Shown: positions 18,890-31,025, counted from the stretch's first letter. The stretch is 64,000 bases of DNA from Dehalococcoidia bacterium (GCA_050011565.1 JBEKIW010000004.1:60553-124552), one strand, 5' to 3'. Translations and numbers: made by a program. Notes: generated by a model not told the origin, from the sequence alone.

Positions 18890-19447
18890 TTAGACCTCCA
18901 TTATCTCCTTTTCTTTGGTTTGTCCTATATTGTTTATTTTGTCCACGAAGTTGTCAGTAAGCTTTTGAAGCTGTTCAGAAGCACGTGCGCATTGGTCTTG
19001 TGATATTCCCTTGTCCTTTTCTGACTGCCTCAATTTTTCGATACCTTCGCGTCTTAAATTACGAAGAGCAATCCTAGAGTCTTCCAACCTTTTGTGAACT
19101 GCTTTGGTTAACTCTTTACGGCGTTCTTCGGTGAGCGGCGGAATGGGTATGCGCAGAACACGGCTGTCGCTTATTGGATTCAGGCCGAGGTCAGAGGTGA
19201 GAATGGCTTTCTCAATGCTTTTGATTGAACTACTGTCCCAGGGCTGTATAAGTATCATTTTGGCATCAGGGATTGAGATAGAAGCCATTTGGTTGATTGG
19301 AGTGAGGATGCCGTGATAATCAGCTTTTATATGCTCTACTAGAGCCGGTGAGGCACGTCCCGTTCGGATGGTCGCCAGGTCTCGGGTCAAAGCTTCGACA
19401 GCCTTTTGCATTTTGCCGTTGATTTCAGTGAGTATTTGCTCAATCAT
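18890..19447 (-). CDS. frr: ribosome recycling factor
   Basis: 185 aa, typical RRF sequence (LRIPIPPLTEERRKEL). Confidence 0.9.
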   Translation of the reverse strand: MIEQILTEINGKMQKAVEALTRDLATIRTGRASPALVEHIKADYHGILTPINQMASISIPDAKMILIQPWDSSSIKSIEKAILTSDLGLNPISDSRVLRIPIPPLTEERRKELTKAVHKRLEDSRIALRNLRREGIEKLRQSEKDKGISQDQCARASEQLQKLTDNFVDKINNIGQTKEKEIMEV

Positions 19448-19449
19448 TT

Positions 19450-20692
<1,243 letters not shown>

Positions 20693-20731
20693 GTTTCTCC
20701 TCCTTAATATATGGGTGGTATTATTGCTTTC

Positions 20732-21517
20732 CTATTTATTTTCATCTGGTGTAAAGATATGTGATTCCAGTAGTTGGCCCGGTTCTGTATCGGTTGGAGT
20801 GAGCTCAGCCCTTCCTATTTCGCCGGTCTCTTTAATCATCTTGCCTTCAAGAACGGCATCAGCTATCTTGCTGCATATAAGTTTTATAGCCTTTATGGCA
20901 TCATCGTTAGCTGGAATCAGGTAATCGATATCTTCCGGATCACAATTAGTGTCCACAATAGCCACTACCGGTATGCCGACCTTTTTTGTTTCAGCCAGAG
21001 CTATCTTTTCCTTAGTTGGGTCTATGATAAATATGGCGCCAGGAAGGGTAGTCATTTCCTTAAAGCCGCCAAGAAGCTTATTTAGCCGGGCTATTTCCTT
21101 TTCAACCTTCATTTTTTCTTTCTTAGACAGGTAATCTAACTCACCTTTATCCCTTTGGTCTTCGAGACGCACCAGATAATCTATTCTCGCCTGGATAGTG
21201 CTGAAGTTAGTTAACATTCCGCCCAGCCATCTTTGGTTGACATAATACATACCACACCGTTTGGCTTCATCTTCTACTATTTCCTGAGCTTGCTTTTTAG
21301 TACCCACAAAGAGAATGCTTTGCCCATTGCTGACCAAATCTCTAACATAATTATAGGCCCTGTCCAGCATGACTACGGTCTGTTCTAAGTCGATAATGTG
21401 GATACCGTTGCGCTGTGTAAATATATAGCTTTTCATACGTGGATGCCAGTGGCCCGTGAGGTGTCCGAAATGAGCCCCGGCTTCCAGTAGTTGTTTAACT
21501 GAGATAGACTCCGCCAA
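20732..21517 (-). CDS. rpsB: 30S ribosomal protein S2
   Basis: 261 aa, typical S2 sequence ([10 protein letters not shown]). Confidence 0.9.
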   Translation of the reverse strand: MAESISVKQLLEAGAHFGHLTGHWHPRMKSYIFTQRNGIHIIDLEQTVVMLDRAYNYVRDLVSNGQSILFVGTKKQAQEIVEDEAKRCGMYYVNQRWLGGMLTNFSTIQARIDYLVRLEDQRDKGELDYLSKKEKMKVEKEIARLNKLLGGFKEMTTLPGAIFIIDPTKEKIALAETKKVGIPVVAIVDTNCDPEDIDYLIPANDDAIKAIKLICSKIADAVLEGKMIKETGEIGRAELTPTDTEPGQLLESHIFTPDENK

Positions 21518-21743
21518 ATTGTAACCTCCTAATCATATTAAACAGGTGAAACCAAGTTTTTGCGACTTACATAGGATTTTTGCCAAAGCCGCTCATCAGT
21601 ATAACATAAGGTGATTTCTGAGGCAATTGAACACATGGGACGTTCATTTAAAATTAAGGTGGTCTGATAACCCAAATGAGATGATTCAGTCACCCAGGAC
21701 AATTTAGTAGATATGTCAAAACCTTTCAACGTTAAGGTAAAGA

Positions 21744-21772
21744 CTTAGCCCCTCTAGATAAGAGGGGCTAAG
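21744..21772 (-). terminator. perfect 11-bp inverted-repeat hairpin downstream of an acyl-CoA dehydrogenase gene
   Basis: CTTAGCCCCTC-TAGATAA-GAGGGGCTAAG. Lies just past the stop of the minus-strand gene ending at 21799. The U-tract is weak. Confidence 0.35.
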
Positions 21773-21798
21773 TGAAGTGCCCTTGCAGCGGGAAGCTC

Positions 21799-22932
21799 TT
21801 ATTTTAAACCAATTTCCCGGGCTACCAGCTCCCTGTGGTAGTCAGTACTACCGAAAGAGGTGTCTGCAGCTTTTGACCTGCGATAATAAAGTGGTATATC
21901 GTGGTCATAGCTGGTGGCAATACCGCCGTGTAATCTTATTGCCCATTGTCCCACATCCTTATAAACCTCGTTGATATATGCCTTTGCCAAGGAGGCTTCT
22001 TTGGCACAGGGTTGTCCCTCTGATTCCATCCAGGCTGCCTGATAGACTAAATAACGGCCGGTTTGCATTGACGTCCACATGTTAGCCATTATGTGCTGAA
22101 GTGCCTGGAAGGCTCCGATAGGTCTTTCGTACTGAACCCTTTCTTTTGAGTACGCGACGGTCATTTCGATGCATGTTTGCATGGCCCCGACGGACTCTGC
22201 GCACTTAGCAATAGACCCTTTGCGCAACATCATTTCCACAATAGGCCATCCTGCGTCTATCTTGCCCAGCATGTTTTTCTTGGGTACAGCTACGTTCTCA
22301 AAGCGCACCTCGCACAGTTTATCTGCGCCTATAGTTGGTATTACTTCGCAGTGTATTCCAGGGGTCTTGGAGTTCACTAGAAACAGTGTGATTCCTTTCT
22401 CTGGAGAATCCCCGTCTTTGGTTCGGGTAACACAGACGATATAATTAGCAACATGGGCCATTTCAACAAAGAGCTTTGTGCCATTTATTATGAAGTCATC
22501 CCCTTTAGGTGTTGCTTTGACGGAAATTCCAGAAGCATCGAAGGTCCCTTCAGCCTCCAGAAGCGCCATAGTCATAATCAAACCTCCGCTGGCTATTTTG
22601 GGTAGGAACTCTTTCTTTTGTTCCTCGGTCCCGGCTTCCAGGATAGGGAAGGTACTTATTACCGTAGGAATCAGCGGTCCCGGGAGTATATTTCTGCCTA
22701 CCTCCTCTAACAGGACTGTCAGGTCCTGGAAGGTATAACCAATACCCTCGTATTGTTCAGGGATAACCAACGCCATCCATCCCAGCTCAGCCATCTTCTT
22801 CCAGAGCTCGGGGGAATATCCCTTCTCACTCTTTTCAAGCTCTCTCACCAGAGTTTTTGGGCATTCCGTGGTAAGGAAGTCCCGTGATGCTTTCTTCAGA
22901 ATCTCTTGTGCTTCAGTAAATCTAAGGTCCAT
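21799..22932 (-). CDS. acyl-CoA dehydrogenase
   Basis: 377 aa with N-terminal alpha, middle beta-barrel and C-terminal alpha ACAD domains. Confidence 0.85.
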   Translation of the reverse strand: MDLRFTEAQEILKKASRDFLTTECPKTLVRELEKSEKGYSPELWKKMAELGWMALVIPEQYEGIGYTFQDLTVLLEEVGRNILPGPLIPTVISTFPILEAGTEEQKKEFLPKIASGGLIMTMALLEAEGTFDASGISVKATPKGDDFIINGTKLFVEMAHVANYIVCVTRTKDGDSPEKGITLFLVNSKTPGIHCEVIPTIGADKLCEVRFENVAVPKKNMLGKIDAGWPIVEMMLRKGSIAKCAESVGAMQTCIEMTVAYSKERVQYERPIGAFQALQHIMANMWTSMQTGRYLVYQAAWMESEGQPCAKEASLAKAYINEVYKDVGQWAIRLHGGIATSYDHDIPLYYRRSKAADTSFGSTDYHRELVAREIGLK

Positions 22933-22955
22933 GATTCCTCCTATCGAAACTTAAT

Positions 22956-24140
22956 TTATTTCATCCGGGGTAAGCCCAAGCCGTACCAGGCGATGATATT
23001 CCTTTGTATCTCGTTTGTACCCATGGAGATTATGGTTACGAAACACTCTTGGAATTTTTTCTCCCAGGCTCCGTGCATTGGGGCCCAGCGGGAGTTTTTG
23101 ACCTGACCATACGGGCCTGCGATGTCAGTGGCAACGAAAGCGAAGCGCTCGCCTAGCTCACTATAGAATATCTTTGCTGCTGACGCATCCATCAGTGCCA
23201 TCTCGTTCCTGTTTTGCAAGTCAGCTATTCGATAGGCGATGGCTTTGGCTGCTTCCAGTTCGCAGGCTAGCTGTGCCACCCGGTTGCGTACCAACGGGTC
23301 TTTCGACAGAAGTTTCCCGTTCCGTTTGGTTGTATTACAAAATTCGACCAGCTCTTCTAGTTCGCGGTACATGCCCATGATTTCACCCATTCCAGACCTC
23401 TCGAAGCCGGCTAAGAGATTGACTATAGCCCAGCCTTCGTTTTCCTGGCCCACGATGTTTTTCGCCGGCACATGAACATCATCGAAGTAAACTTCAGCAA
23501 ACGGGGCATCGCCATCAATATAGGGAATGGGTCGTACTGTTACGCCAGGGGTTTTCATATCGAGCAAGAGGAAGGTGATATTGTGGTGTTTGCGAGCTGC
23601 TGGGTCTGTCTTAAATACTCCAAACCCCCAATCAGCCCGATGAGCACCGGTATTCCAGGTCTTCTGGCCATTAATAACGTATTCATCACCCTTTTTTATT
23701 GCGGTGGCTGACAGAGTGGCCAAATCCGAGCCCGCATTTGGTTCGCTCCACAATTCGCACCACATAACCTCTCCTCGTGCAATGGGCGGCAGAAATTCTT
23801 TCTTTATTGGGTCGCTTGCCGCCTGTAGAAGGGTAGGAGCGAGCATTTGGATTCCAAAGATATCGACTCCAGGAATCCCGTGATATCCTCTTGCTTCGGC
23901 GAAGAGGACTTTGTCCATCATGGTGCCACTACCGCCGTATTCAGCGGGCCAGGCTAGACCAAGCCATCCCTTTTTAGCGAATTCCTTGGCGCAGTAAAGG
24001 TGGAATTGCCAGCATTCATCAACCTCAAACACGGCCTCCAATCCGATAAAACTTGCCGGCCTTTTTTTCTCGAGCTCCTTACAGAAATCGAAATACTCCT
24101 TTCTGTGCGCCTTTTCTTCTTGTGTTAGCTCAAAATCCAT
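22956..24140 (-). CDS. acyl-CoA dehydrogenase
   Basis: 394 aa, ACAD fold. Adjacent paralog of the previous gene. Confidence 0.85.
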   Translation of the reverse strand: MDFELTQEEKAHRKEYFDFCKELEKKRPASFIGLEAVFEVDECWQFHLYCAKEFAKKGWLGLAWPAEYGGSGTMMDKVLFAEARGYHGIPGVDIFGIQMLAPTLLQAASDPIKKEFLPPIARGEVMWCELWSEPNAGSDLATLSATAIKKGDEYVINGQKTWNTGAHRADWGFGVFKTDPAARKHHNITFLLLDMKTPGVTVRPIPYIDGDAPFAEVYFDDVHVPAKNIVGQENEGWAIVNLLAGFERSGMGEIMGMYRELEELVEFCNTTKRNGKLLSKDPLVRNRVAQLACELEAAKAIAYRIADLQNRNEMALMDASAAKIFYSELGERFAFVATDIAGPYGQVKNSRWAPMHGAWEKKFQECFVTIISMGTNEIQRNIIAWYGLGLPRMK

Positions 24141-24413
24141 GTGTGCCTCCTTTAAATGTTAAACTCCCTATGAAAGTGCCGCTGACAAGAGTTGATGTCG
24201 ACCATCGACCACTAGTCAATCGCCGCACCTAGGTTTCTAATCCATCTCAATTTGCTGTATCTAGTCTCAATTCCGAAGATTACCGACAATCTTCGTACGG
24301 GCAAATGCACTGATTGAGTCTCGGAAAAACCTTCTAAGCTCAACCCTCAATTACGCCCGTATATTATAATATAGATTTCGTCGTTTGGAAAGTATCTGAT
24401 ATCTCGTACTTAC

Positions 24414-25244
24414 CTAGGTCGACCGGTGATGGATTTCTTCAATTTTGTAATGCAGGATACCGGCCGGTGCCTTTACCTCGACGTTTTGCCCTTTTATACA
24501 TCCGAGCAAGGCTTGACCCATGGGTGAGGCAACTGAGATTTTGCCTTCCATTGCATTAGCTTCACTGATATCAACAAGTGTATAGCGTACCTGTTCTCCT
24601 GAAGCTATATCCCGTAGCACCGCCGTATCACCAAAACTTATTTCTCGGCTACCGGCTTGTTGCTCGTCCACTAAAGCAACCATTTTCAGAGTTGATTCCA
24701 GCTGTTTAATACGCGCCTCTACGTGTCCTTGATGCTCCCTGGCCGCTTCAAGAGGCGCATTTTCGCGGAAATCCTTATCTGAGGCAGCTTTCTTCAGTTC
24801 TTCAGCTATACGCGGGCGACCTTTTTTAAGGCTGTTAAGCTCCGCCTGTAAATCAGTGTAACCTTGATTAGTCAGCAATACCTTCCGGTAGGAGCGCCGT
24901 TTTATAGACGTAGATTTGGGTGGTGTTTTTTTGCTCTTCAGATGGACTGCAAGGTTCTTTTTGGTCATGCCCTGCTTGTGTATGTAAGTAAGAAAGTTTT
25001 TAATTATCCCTAATTTCTCGGCTACTTCAGTCGTTGAAGAGGTGATCTGCTCAGCATAGTTGGCGACTTCCGGAATGGTTAGCCCGATCAGCGGGCGTTT
25101 TTCTCCATACCAACGTACAAATTTGTATACTTCTTGTTGGGCTTTTAGCCTTTCGTCTGAGGATAATGTTAGAAGAAACTGAGTGGCAGCCTCTCCTAGA
25201 CTATAATCAGATAGAGCTGAATCAGGTGTGTTTTTTGAGGCCAT
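24414..25244 (-). CDS. GreA-family transcription elongation factor with an N-terminal extension of about 120 aa
   Basis: C-terminal 150 aa matches GreA (coiled coil DKDFRENAPLEAAREHQ, FKBP-like domain GDTAVLRD...GKISVASPMGQALLG). N-terminal 120 aa unrelated to GreA. Confidence 0.7.
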   Translation of the reverse strand: MASKNTPDSALSDYSLGEAATQFLLTLSSDERLKAQQEVYKFVRWYGEKRPLIGLTIPEVANYAEQITSSTTEVAEKLGIIKNFLTYIHKQGMTKKNLAVHLKSKKTPPKSTSIKRRSYRKVLLTNQGYTDLQAELNSLKKGRPRIAEELKKAASDKDFRENAPLEAAREHQGHVEARIKQLESTLKMVALVDEQQAGSREISFGDTAVLRDIASGEQVRYTLVDISEANAMEGKISVASPMGQALLGCIKGQNVEVKAPAGILHYKIEEIHHRST

Positions 25245-25329
25245 CCCTTTGCTCTAAGACGGCGTTAATAATAGAACATGGAGACGGGCTGTGTCAAATA
25301 TAGCGGGAATTCAGGTTTCTGATACCTCG

Positions 25330-26214
25330 CTATGATGATACTGCGTAGCCTATAAACTTGTAGGCCAGTTTAGCTGCCAGAAAGGCGCAGGAATCGGTGT
25401 AGTCCTTGGGGCACAGTTCCACCAGGTCGAAACCAATGACACGTTTATGACGAGTTACATAACTTAATAAATTCAGGACTTCGTGCCATTGCATTCCGCC
25501 TGGTTCAGGAGTGCCCACTGCCGGCATAACTGAAAGGTCAAAGACGTCTAAATCGATTGATACGTACACGTTGTCGCTTAATGAGGTTGTTATATTCTCA
25601 GGTGGAGCTAAATCTGAGCTTGATGTTGTGATATAGAAGGGATGCATTTTATTTTGGGTTAAAAACTCCCGCTCCTCCAAACTTAAGCTTCGTACTCCAA
25701 CTTGCACGATAGGGCAGAGTTCATGAATACGGCGCATTACGCAGGCATGGCTATATTTGGTTCCTAAATATTCGTCTCTGAGGTCGGCATGTGCATCTAG
25801 CTGCAGCACACAAACATCCTGCATCTTTTCTTTCAGGGCTTGAACCATGCCGAGGCTAAGGGAGTGCTCACCGCCAAACATTACAGGGAATTTCCCTTGT
25901 TTTACCAGTTCACCCGCAATACGATAAACCCGTTCAATCATCTTTTCCGGGCTATTTAACAAGGGTTGGACTGCCGGTAAAGTATGAATTCCGACTTTAT
26001 ATATCTCGCGGTTGAGTTCAATATCATAAAGTTCTAAATATTGCGAAGCGTTGATAATAGCCTGCGGCCCTTCGCGCGTGCCGCTATGCCATTCGGTAGT
26101 GCTGTCATAGGGCACTGGTAAAATCACCACTCTGGCAGTTTGCACGTCGGAGTAAGGGGATGACAATCCGGCGAAGTTTTGCCCGGGGGAGAGCAGGTCC
26201 TCTATGTTTTCCAT
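25330..26214 (-). CDS. speB: agmatinase (arginase/ureohydrolase family)
   Basis: 294 aa. Mn-binding motifs (GGEHS, DAHADL, SIDLDVFD). Confidence 0.8.
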   Translation of the reverse strand: MENIEDLLSPGQNFAGLSSPYSDVQTARVVILPVPYDSTTEWHSGTREGPQAIINASQYLELYDIELNREIYKVGIHTLPAVQPLLNSPEKMIERVYRIAGELVKQGKFPVMFGGEHSLSLGMVQALKEKMQDVCVLQLDAHADLRDEYLGTKYSHACVMRRIHELCPIVQVGVRSLSLEEREFLTQNKMHPFYITTSSSDLAPPENITTSLSDNVYVSIDLDVFDLSVMPAVGTPEPGGMQWHEVLNLLSYVTRHKRVIGFDLVELCPKDYTDSCAFLAAKLAYKFIGYAVSS

Positions 26215-26217
26215 ATC

Positions 26218-26613
26218 TCAAACTGAGCGGAGTTGAGCCGTATCCGCAACTTCGGGGAGTTCAGCCATCTTCCAATCGCGGTTTATAAGGCGACTTGACA
26301 GTCTAGTTAGTTGAAATTTGTCCTTGAAGTCCTTCACGACCTGCTCGGCATTAAAATTCTTGCAGGAGAAAACGTCTATATTTATGTAACAACGTTCGAC
26401 GAAAGTATGAATGCTGACATGGCTTTCGGCGATAAAAACGAATCCGGATATTCCCCAGTCTTCAGGCTTCGAGCCGATGTATTTAAAAACGTGCGGAGAT
26501 GAAATCTTTGTCATGTCAATCCGGGCAGGATATGAGTCCAACAGTTGATAGATAAATTGCTCATCCTGCATTAATCTTGGATTATCTCCATAGCCATCAA
26601 TAGTCAGATGCAT
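26218..26613 (-). CDS. speH: S-adenosylmethionine decarboxylase proenzyme (small pyruvoyl-dependent type)
   Basis: 131 aa. Self-cleavage motif FIAESHVSIHTFVE (the E-S site gives the pyruvoyl group). Confidence 0.85.
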   Translation of the reverse strand: MHLTIDGYGDNPRLMQDEQFIYQLLDSYPARIDMTKISSPHVFKYIGSKPEDWGISGFVFIAESHVSIHTFVERCYINIDVFSCKNFNAEQVVKDFKDKFQLTRLSSRLINRDWKMAELPEVADTAQLRSV

Positions 26614-26621
26614 GGTTCCCC

Positions 26622-27845
26622 CTAAAGCAAAATTCTCCTTAGCTCGAAAAGTGCTGCCGTGACCGCTCTTTGCTTTATTTGTAGGCGGTTACCAGGGTAG
26701 TTTTTAGCAAAACTCTGCTTACTCCGCCCGTCATCAAGGCTAACAAAGATGGTACCGATTGACTGCCCCTCAATTTCAGCGGGCCCCATTACCCCGGTGA
26801 GACCGACACCGATAGATGTCCTGAGCGTTTCTCTAGCCGTTGTTGCCATAGCCTCGCATGTTTCCATGCTTACAGTTCCGTATCGAGATATACACTGCGG
26901 GTCAAGGCCGAAAGCCGCTCTCGACGCTTCGCTATAAGCAACCAGTCCTCCCGCAAAATATTTAGAGCTGCCGGGAACATTGGTGATAACATTGGCTAAA
27001 GAACCACCAGTATAAGACTCCATAGTGGCAAGGGTTAGCTTTTTGGACGACAGTAAATTTCCGACGATGCTCTCCAGTGTTTCAGGGTCTGTTCCCCATA
27101 TATAATCATTTAAAATCCCCCTGATGTCACTTTCTCGTTGGTTAATAAGCTTTTGCGCTTTGTCTTCGGTCTGTGCTTTAGCCGTGATGCGCAGGTAAAT
27201 GCCATCAATTTTAGCATACGTAGCCAATGTCGGATTTGTAGAGGGAAGAAACGGGCTTGCTCTCTCGTCTACCTCTGCTTCGGTCAGGCCGAAGGTCTTA
27301 AGGGTTTTGGAAACAATTACAGCGCCGGATGACCTCTGTTGCAACCTGGGCACTATTTCTTTCGTCCACATCAATTCCATCTCACGTGGTGGGCCAGGCA
27401 TGGTAATAATTATTCGATTATCGTTTTCCACCCACCAGCCCGGTGCGGTGCCCCTGGGGTTCGGGACAATTTCTGCTGAGGGAATTACTGTAGCCTGCTT
27501 GATGTTGCTTGGTGGCATTTCTCTCTTGAAATATCTGAATAGCTCTTCGAATTTCTGGACGAGAGCGTAGTCAACCGTAAGTTTTTCTCCGAGGAACTCA
27601 GCTATTGCTTCTCGAGTGATATCATCTTGGGTCGGTCCTAAACCGCCGGTAGTGATAATGATATCGGATCTTTGCCATCCTTGCTTTAAGGTTTCGATTA
27701 GCCTGCCCTGGTTGTCGCCAACCATTGATATAAAGTTAAGGTCAAGGCCAAGCAAAGGTAGCTGGCTCGCGAGATAAGCGGAATTTGTATCGATGATGTC
27801 CCCCAAAAGAAGCTCGGTGCCAATCGAGATTATTTCTGCCTTCAT
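26622..27845 (-). CDS. cinA: CinA-family protein (competence/damage-inducible; MoCF-binding domain plus NMN deamidase domain)
   Basis: 407 aa. N-terminal MoaB/MogA-like domain (MKAEIISIGTELLLG), C-terminal CinA domain. Confidence 0.85.
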   Translation of the reverse strand: MKAEIISIGTELLLGDIIDTNSAYLASQLPLLGLDLNFISMVGDNQGRLIETLKQGWQRSDIIITTGGLGPTQDDITREAIAEFLGEKLTVDYALVQKFEELFRYFKREMPPSNIKQATVIPSAEIVPNPRGTAPGWWVENDNRIIITMPGPPREMELMWTKEIVPRLQQRSSGAVIVSKTLKTFGLTEAEVDERASPFLPSTNPTLATYAKIDGIYLRITAKAQTEDKAQKLINQRESDIRGILNDYIWGTDPETLESIVGNLLSSKKLTLATMESYTGGSLANVITNVPGSSKYFAGGLVAYSEASRAAFGLDPQCISRYGTVSMETCEAMATTARETLRTSIGVGLTGVMGPAEIEGQSIGTIFVSLDDGRSKQSFAKNYPGNRLQIKQRAVTAALFELRRILL

Positions 27846-27865
27846 CGTAAGTCGTGCCCGTTACG

Positions 27866-29161
27866 TCAACATCTAATCGTAGAAATTCCCAAGTATTTCT
27901 CTACCAATGCCATGGCGCAGTACTTGCCGCACATACTACAGGCTGGCCCGCCAGCGCTATATTTACTATGAATTGTTTTAACTTTTTCAGGGTCTAAAGA
28001 CAGCTCGGCCTGCAATTCCCAATCAAGGTTCTTCCTGGCCATTGACATTTTCCTATCCCATTCACTGGCTCGTTTTGTGCCTCTAACGATGTCGGCGGCG
28101 TGGGCGGCAATGCGCGAAGCTATTACACCGATTTTTACATCTTCAACATCCGGTAGTGAAAGATGTTCTGTGGGAGTGACATAACATAGAAAATCAGCTC
28201 CCGAAGCGGCAGCAATGGCACCGCCGATAGCTGCTGTAATGTGGTCATAGCCGGCACCGATGTCTGTTACCAGCGGGCCGAGAACATAAAACGGAGCGCC
28301 GTGACAGAGGCTCTTCTCTAGCTGAACATTAGCGGCAATTTGATTTAACGGTAGGTGTCCTGGTCCCTCAACCATTGTTTGCACCCCGGCTTCTCTACCA
28401 CGATCTACGAGTTCTCCGAGAGTAATCAGCTCTTCAACTTGAGCCCGGTCGGTGGCATCAGCTATGCTGCCGGGACGCATGCCATCACCCAGACTTAGAG
28501 TTACGTCAAATTTACGGGCTATATCTAACAGACGGTCAAAGTATTCATACAGCGGGTTCTCGCGGTCGTTGTATAATATCCAACCGATAAGAAATGCGCC
28601 TCCACGGGAGACAACATCGGTTAATCTTTTCTGATGTTTTAATCGGGCTATGGCGGCTCGAGTGACGCCGCAATGTACAGTCATAAAGTCGACGCCATCC
28701 TTTGCCTGCTGCTCAATAACAGAGAAGATTTGGTCTACAGACATGTTTACAATTGCACCATATCTTTCAATGGCTTCAATCCCTGTTTGGTATATCGGCA
28801 CAGTACCTACAGGTAAAGTACTGGCAGCTATGATAGATTGGCGGATCGCTGAGATGTCGCCCCCGGTACTCAGATCCATAACCGCATCAGCACCAAAGCG
28901 TGTAGCGGTAAGGAGCTTTTCCAGCTCGCTGTCCATGTTGCCATACTCTGACGAAGTGCCGATGTTGGCATTGACCTTAACCGAAAGCTCTACACCAATG
29001 CCACGTGAAACCAGGCTAGTATGATTAATGTTAGACGGGATTACTATTTTACCTTCAGCCACGTATTGCCCGACAATCTCAGGGCTTACGCTTTCCTGTT
29101 GCGCTACGTGTTTCACTTGGGGTGATAGTATACCCCGGTTTGCCAACTCCAATTGACCCAT
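27866..29161 (-). CDS. thiC: phosphomethylpyrimidine synthase
   Basis: 431 aa. Conserved ThiC core (HCGVT, C-terminal CSMCGKYCA cluster motif). Confidence 0.9.
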   Translation of the reverse strand: MGQLELANRGILSPQVKHVAQQESVSPEIVGQYVAEGKIVIPSNINHTSLVSRGIGVELSVKVNANIGTSSEYGNMDSELEKLLTATRFGADAVMDLSTGGDISAIRQSIIAASTLPVGTVPIYQTGIEAIERYGAIVNMSVDQIFSVIEQQAKDGVDFMTVHCGVTRAAIARLKHQKRLTDVVSRGGAFLIGWILYNDRENPLYEYFDRLLDIARKFDVTLSLGDGMRPGSIADATDRAQVEELITLGELVDRGREAGVQTMVEGPGHLPLNQIAANVQLEKSLCHGAPFYVLGPLVTDIGAGYDHITAAIGGAIAAASGADFLCYVTPTEHLSLPDVEDVKIGVIASRIAAHAADIVRGTKRASEWDRKMSMARKNLDWELQAELSLDPEKVKTIHSKYSAGGPACSMCGKYCAMALVEKYLGISTIRC

Positions 29162-29174
29162 GTTATCTCCTAAA

Positions 29175-29222
29175 GAAAAAAACCAAGAGCTTTAGTAACC
29201 ACTACTAAACCCTTGGTTTGAT
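29175..29222 (-). terminator. intrinsic terminator forming the expression platform of the thiC TPP riboswitch
   Basis: Minus strand reads AACCAAGGGTTTAGTAGTGGTTACTAAAGCTCTTGGTTTTTTTC (imperfect stem with U7 tract), then RBS TAGGAGA and the thiC ATG. Confidence 0.6.
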
Positions 29223-29227
29223 TTACC

Positions 29228-29330
29228 GCTTCCCTACGCTTGTATTACCAAGGTCAGGTTCTGACGGTTCTCCGCAATAACGGAGTCTCAGCCTGGTTTA
29301 TTTTTCTGGGCACCCCTAGCGGTTAGCTAA
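29228..29330 (-). promoter_or_regulatory. TPP (THI-box) riboswitch aptamer
   Basis: Minus strand reads ...CTAGGGGTGCCCAG...GGCTGAGAC...CGTCAGAACCTGACCTTGGTAATACAAGCGTAGGGAA. Contains the invariant THI-box elements (GGGGUGCCC, CUGAGA, ACCUGAUCUGGAUAAUGCCAGCGUAGGGAA-like 3' half). Lies directly 5' of thiC. Confidence 0.8.
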
Positions 29331-29399
29331 AACCAATATTAAATATATCATATAACGACGCTGAGAAACAAGTAAATTTTTAGCGAAACCATTGCTTGA

Positions 29400-31025
29400 C
29401 TATCTTCTGGCTTTATATCGCCGCCAGGTTATTGTCGCCAAGCCCACTATCCCAGCGATAAACACTAGTGGGATAACCAGAGACAAAATAAGGACTCGAC
29501 TTGACATGGGTATTACTTCAAATTCGTTAGCATCTGACCACAACCCTTCATTGCCGATGTCATCCACAGCCATTACTCGCCAGGTATAGCTGCCTATAGT
29601 TACGATGTCATCTCTGGATAAACTGTACTCTGAATCTACCAGCCCTTTCTTTAAGACAGTCGGTGATGAAAAGTCATTACCATTGGCAATCTCCAAGTTG
29701 TACGTTGTTTTACCCTGGACTTTAATATCCGACCAATCAAATGTAACATCAGGCGCCACAAGTCCTCGTTTGTCAGCGCTTTGAAACGAGATGATTCCCA
29801 TCAGTTGCTTGGCTGTCCCAAGAAATACATCACCAACTGAATCAAAAACCGCTAATTTAGCTCCCTGCGCGGGGGATACTAGCGATGGTGCAGTAGGTGT
29901 GACTTTGTCGATTATGAAAATAGTTTCTGCCGAACCGCCTGCTCCTCCTGTAGCTTTCACTTTGTTTTCTTTGATAGTACTTTGAGGGGCTTCAAAACTG
30001 GTACTAAAGCTACCTTTATCGTCGGCAATGGCATTTGTACTGAGGTTAGTTCCTTCAAAGCTCAAGCTAATAGCTTCATCCTTGTTGAAGCCTGTTCCGT
30101 TAACAATGACCTTTGTCCCCTTGTTTCCCGAAGGCGGCTCTAATTGGATATTTGGAACCACGTTAAAATCCATATCAGGGATGATTCCTTTAGGTGTGAA
30201 ATCGCTACCAAAGATGCCAAGCAGGTGAGGTCCTTTAGTGGTGGGTGGAATATTCAAAGTAGCATTCAAGACTCCATCTGTGCCCGCTATAAGATTGACC
30301 AGGAATATTTGATTATCCCATGTAAAGGTGATCCCGTCCTCACTGGTTCGGAAGCCATATCCTTCTACTGTAATCTCCGTTCCTACCGGACCGGAGTTCG
30401 GTTGTATCTTAACAAATGGTGCAACAATGAATTTGTGCTCGCCGATTTCAGAGGCATCAGTCGAACTGCTGAAAGCACTGATATAGTATTCACCCTTAGT
30501 CGGCTCGGGGGCGTCAAAATTGACGCTCCACATACCGAGATGGTTGGCAGTAGCAGAAAACGGGAGGGCGGTTTTATTCCACGTTACTTTAATATCTTTT
30601 TCGAAGCAGACGAAGCCGTTACCAGTAACCGTAAGCGATGTATATGGCCGGCCAATACGCGGAAATATTTCTATTCCGGGCAATACGGTGAATGTAGCTG
30701 ATGCGGTGCTGCCGGTCCAATTGCTGTCGTCTGTAATTCTAATGGTGTAGCTGCCTCGACAGACTGTTGGTACCTGCAAATCGAATGCTAACTCACCAGT
30801 GTCAGATATAGGTACCTTGCTCAATATAATTTGTTTATCCCAGTAGATGGTAGCCAATCGGCCGGAGAATCCATCACCGCTGATATGCACGGATGTATTG
30901 ACGGTGCCTGACGTAGGCGCTATCGTAATATTAGAAGCATGAGTGGGTACAGGGGAGGCCAGAAATATGAGCGGGAGAACAATAATTATAGCTAAGAACG
31001 TAAGTAAAACTTTAGAATGTGCCAA
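29400..31025 (-). CDS. cell-surface protein with tandem Ig-like repeats and a C-terminal TM anchor (paralog of 10731..12482)
   Basis: 541 aa. Signal peptide, repeated GxGF...T(F/W)D...G domains, C-terminal module YTWRVMAVDDIGNEGLW matching YYWRVKAIDGASNDSGW of the paralog, terminal TM helix and RRYKARR tail. Confidence 0.6.
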   Translation of the reverse strand: MAHSKVLLTFLAIIIVLPLIFLASPVPTHASNITIAPTSGTVNTSVHISGDGFSGRLATIYWDKQIILSKVPISDTGELAFDLQVPTVCRGSYTIRITDDSNWTGSTASATFTVLPGIEIFPRIGRPYTSLTVTGNGFVCFEKDIKVTWNKTALPFSATANHLGMWSVNFDAPEPTKGEYYISAFSSSTDASEIGEHKFIVAPFVKIQPNSGPVGTEITVEGYGFRTSEDGITFTWDNQIFLVNLIAGTDGVLNATLNIPPTTKGPHLLGIFGSDFTPKGIIPDMDFNVVPNIQLEPPSGNKGTKVIVNGTGFNKDEAISLSFEGTNLSTNAIADDKGSFSTSFEAPQSTIKENKVKATGGAGGSAETIFIIDKVTPTAPSLVSPAQGAKLAVFDSVGDVFLGTAKQLMGIISFQSADKRGLVAPDVTFDWSDIKVQGKTTYNLEIANGNDFSSPTVLKKGLVDSEYSLSRDDIVTIGSYTWRVMAVDDIGNEGLWSDANEFEVIPMSSRVLILSLVIPLVFIAGIVGLATITWRRYKARR

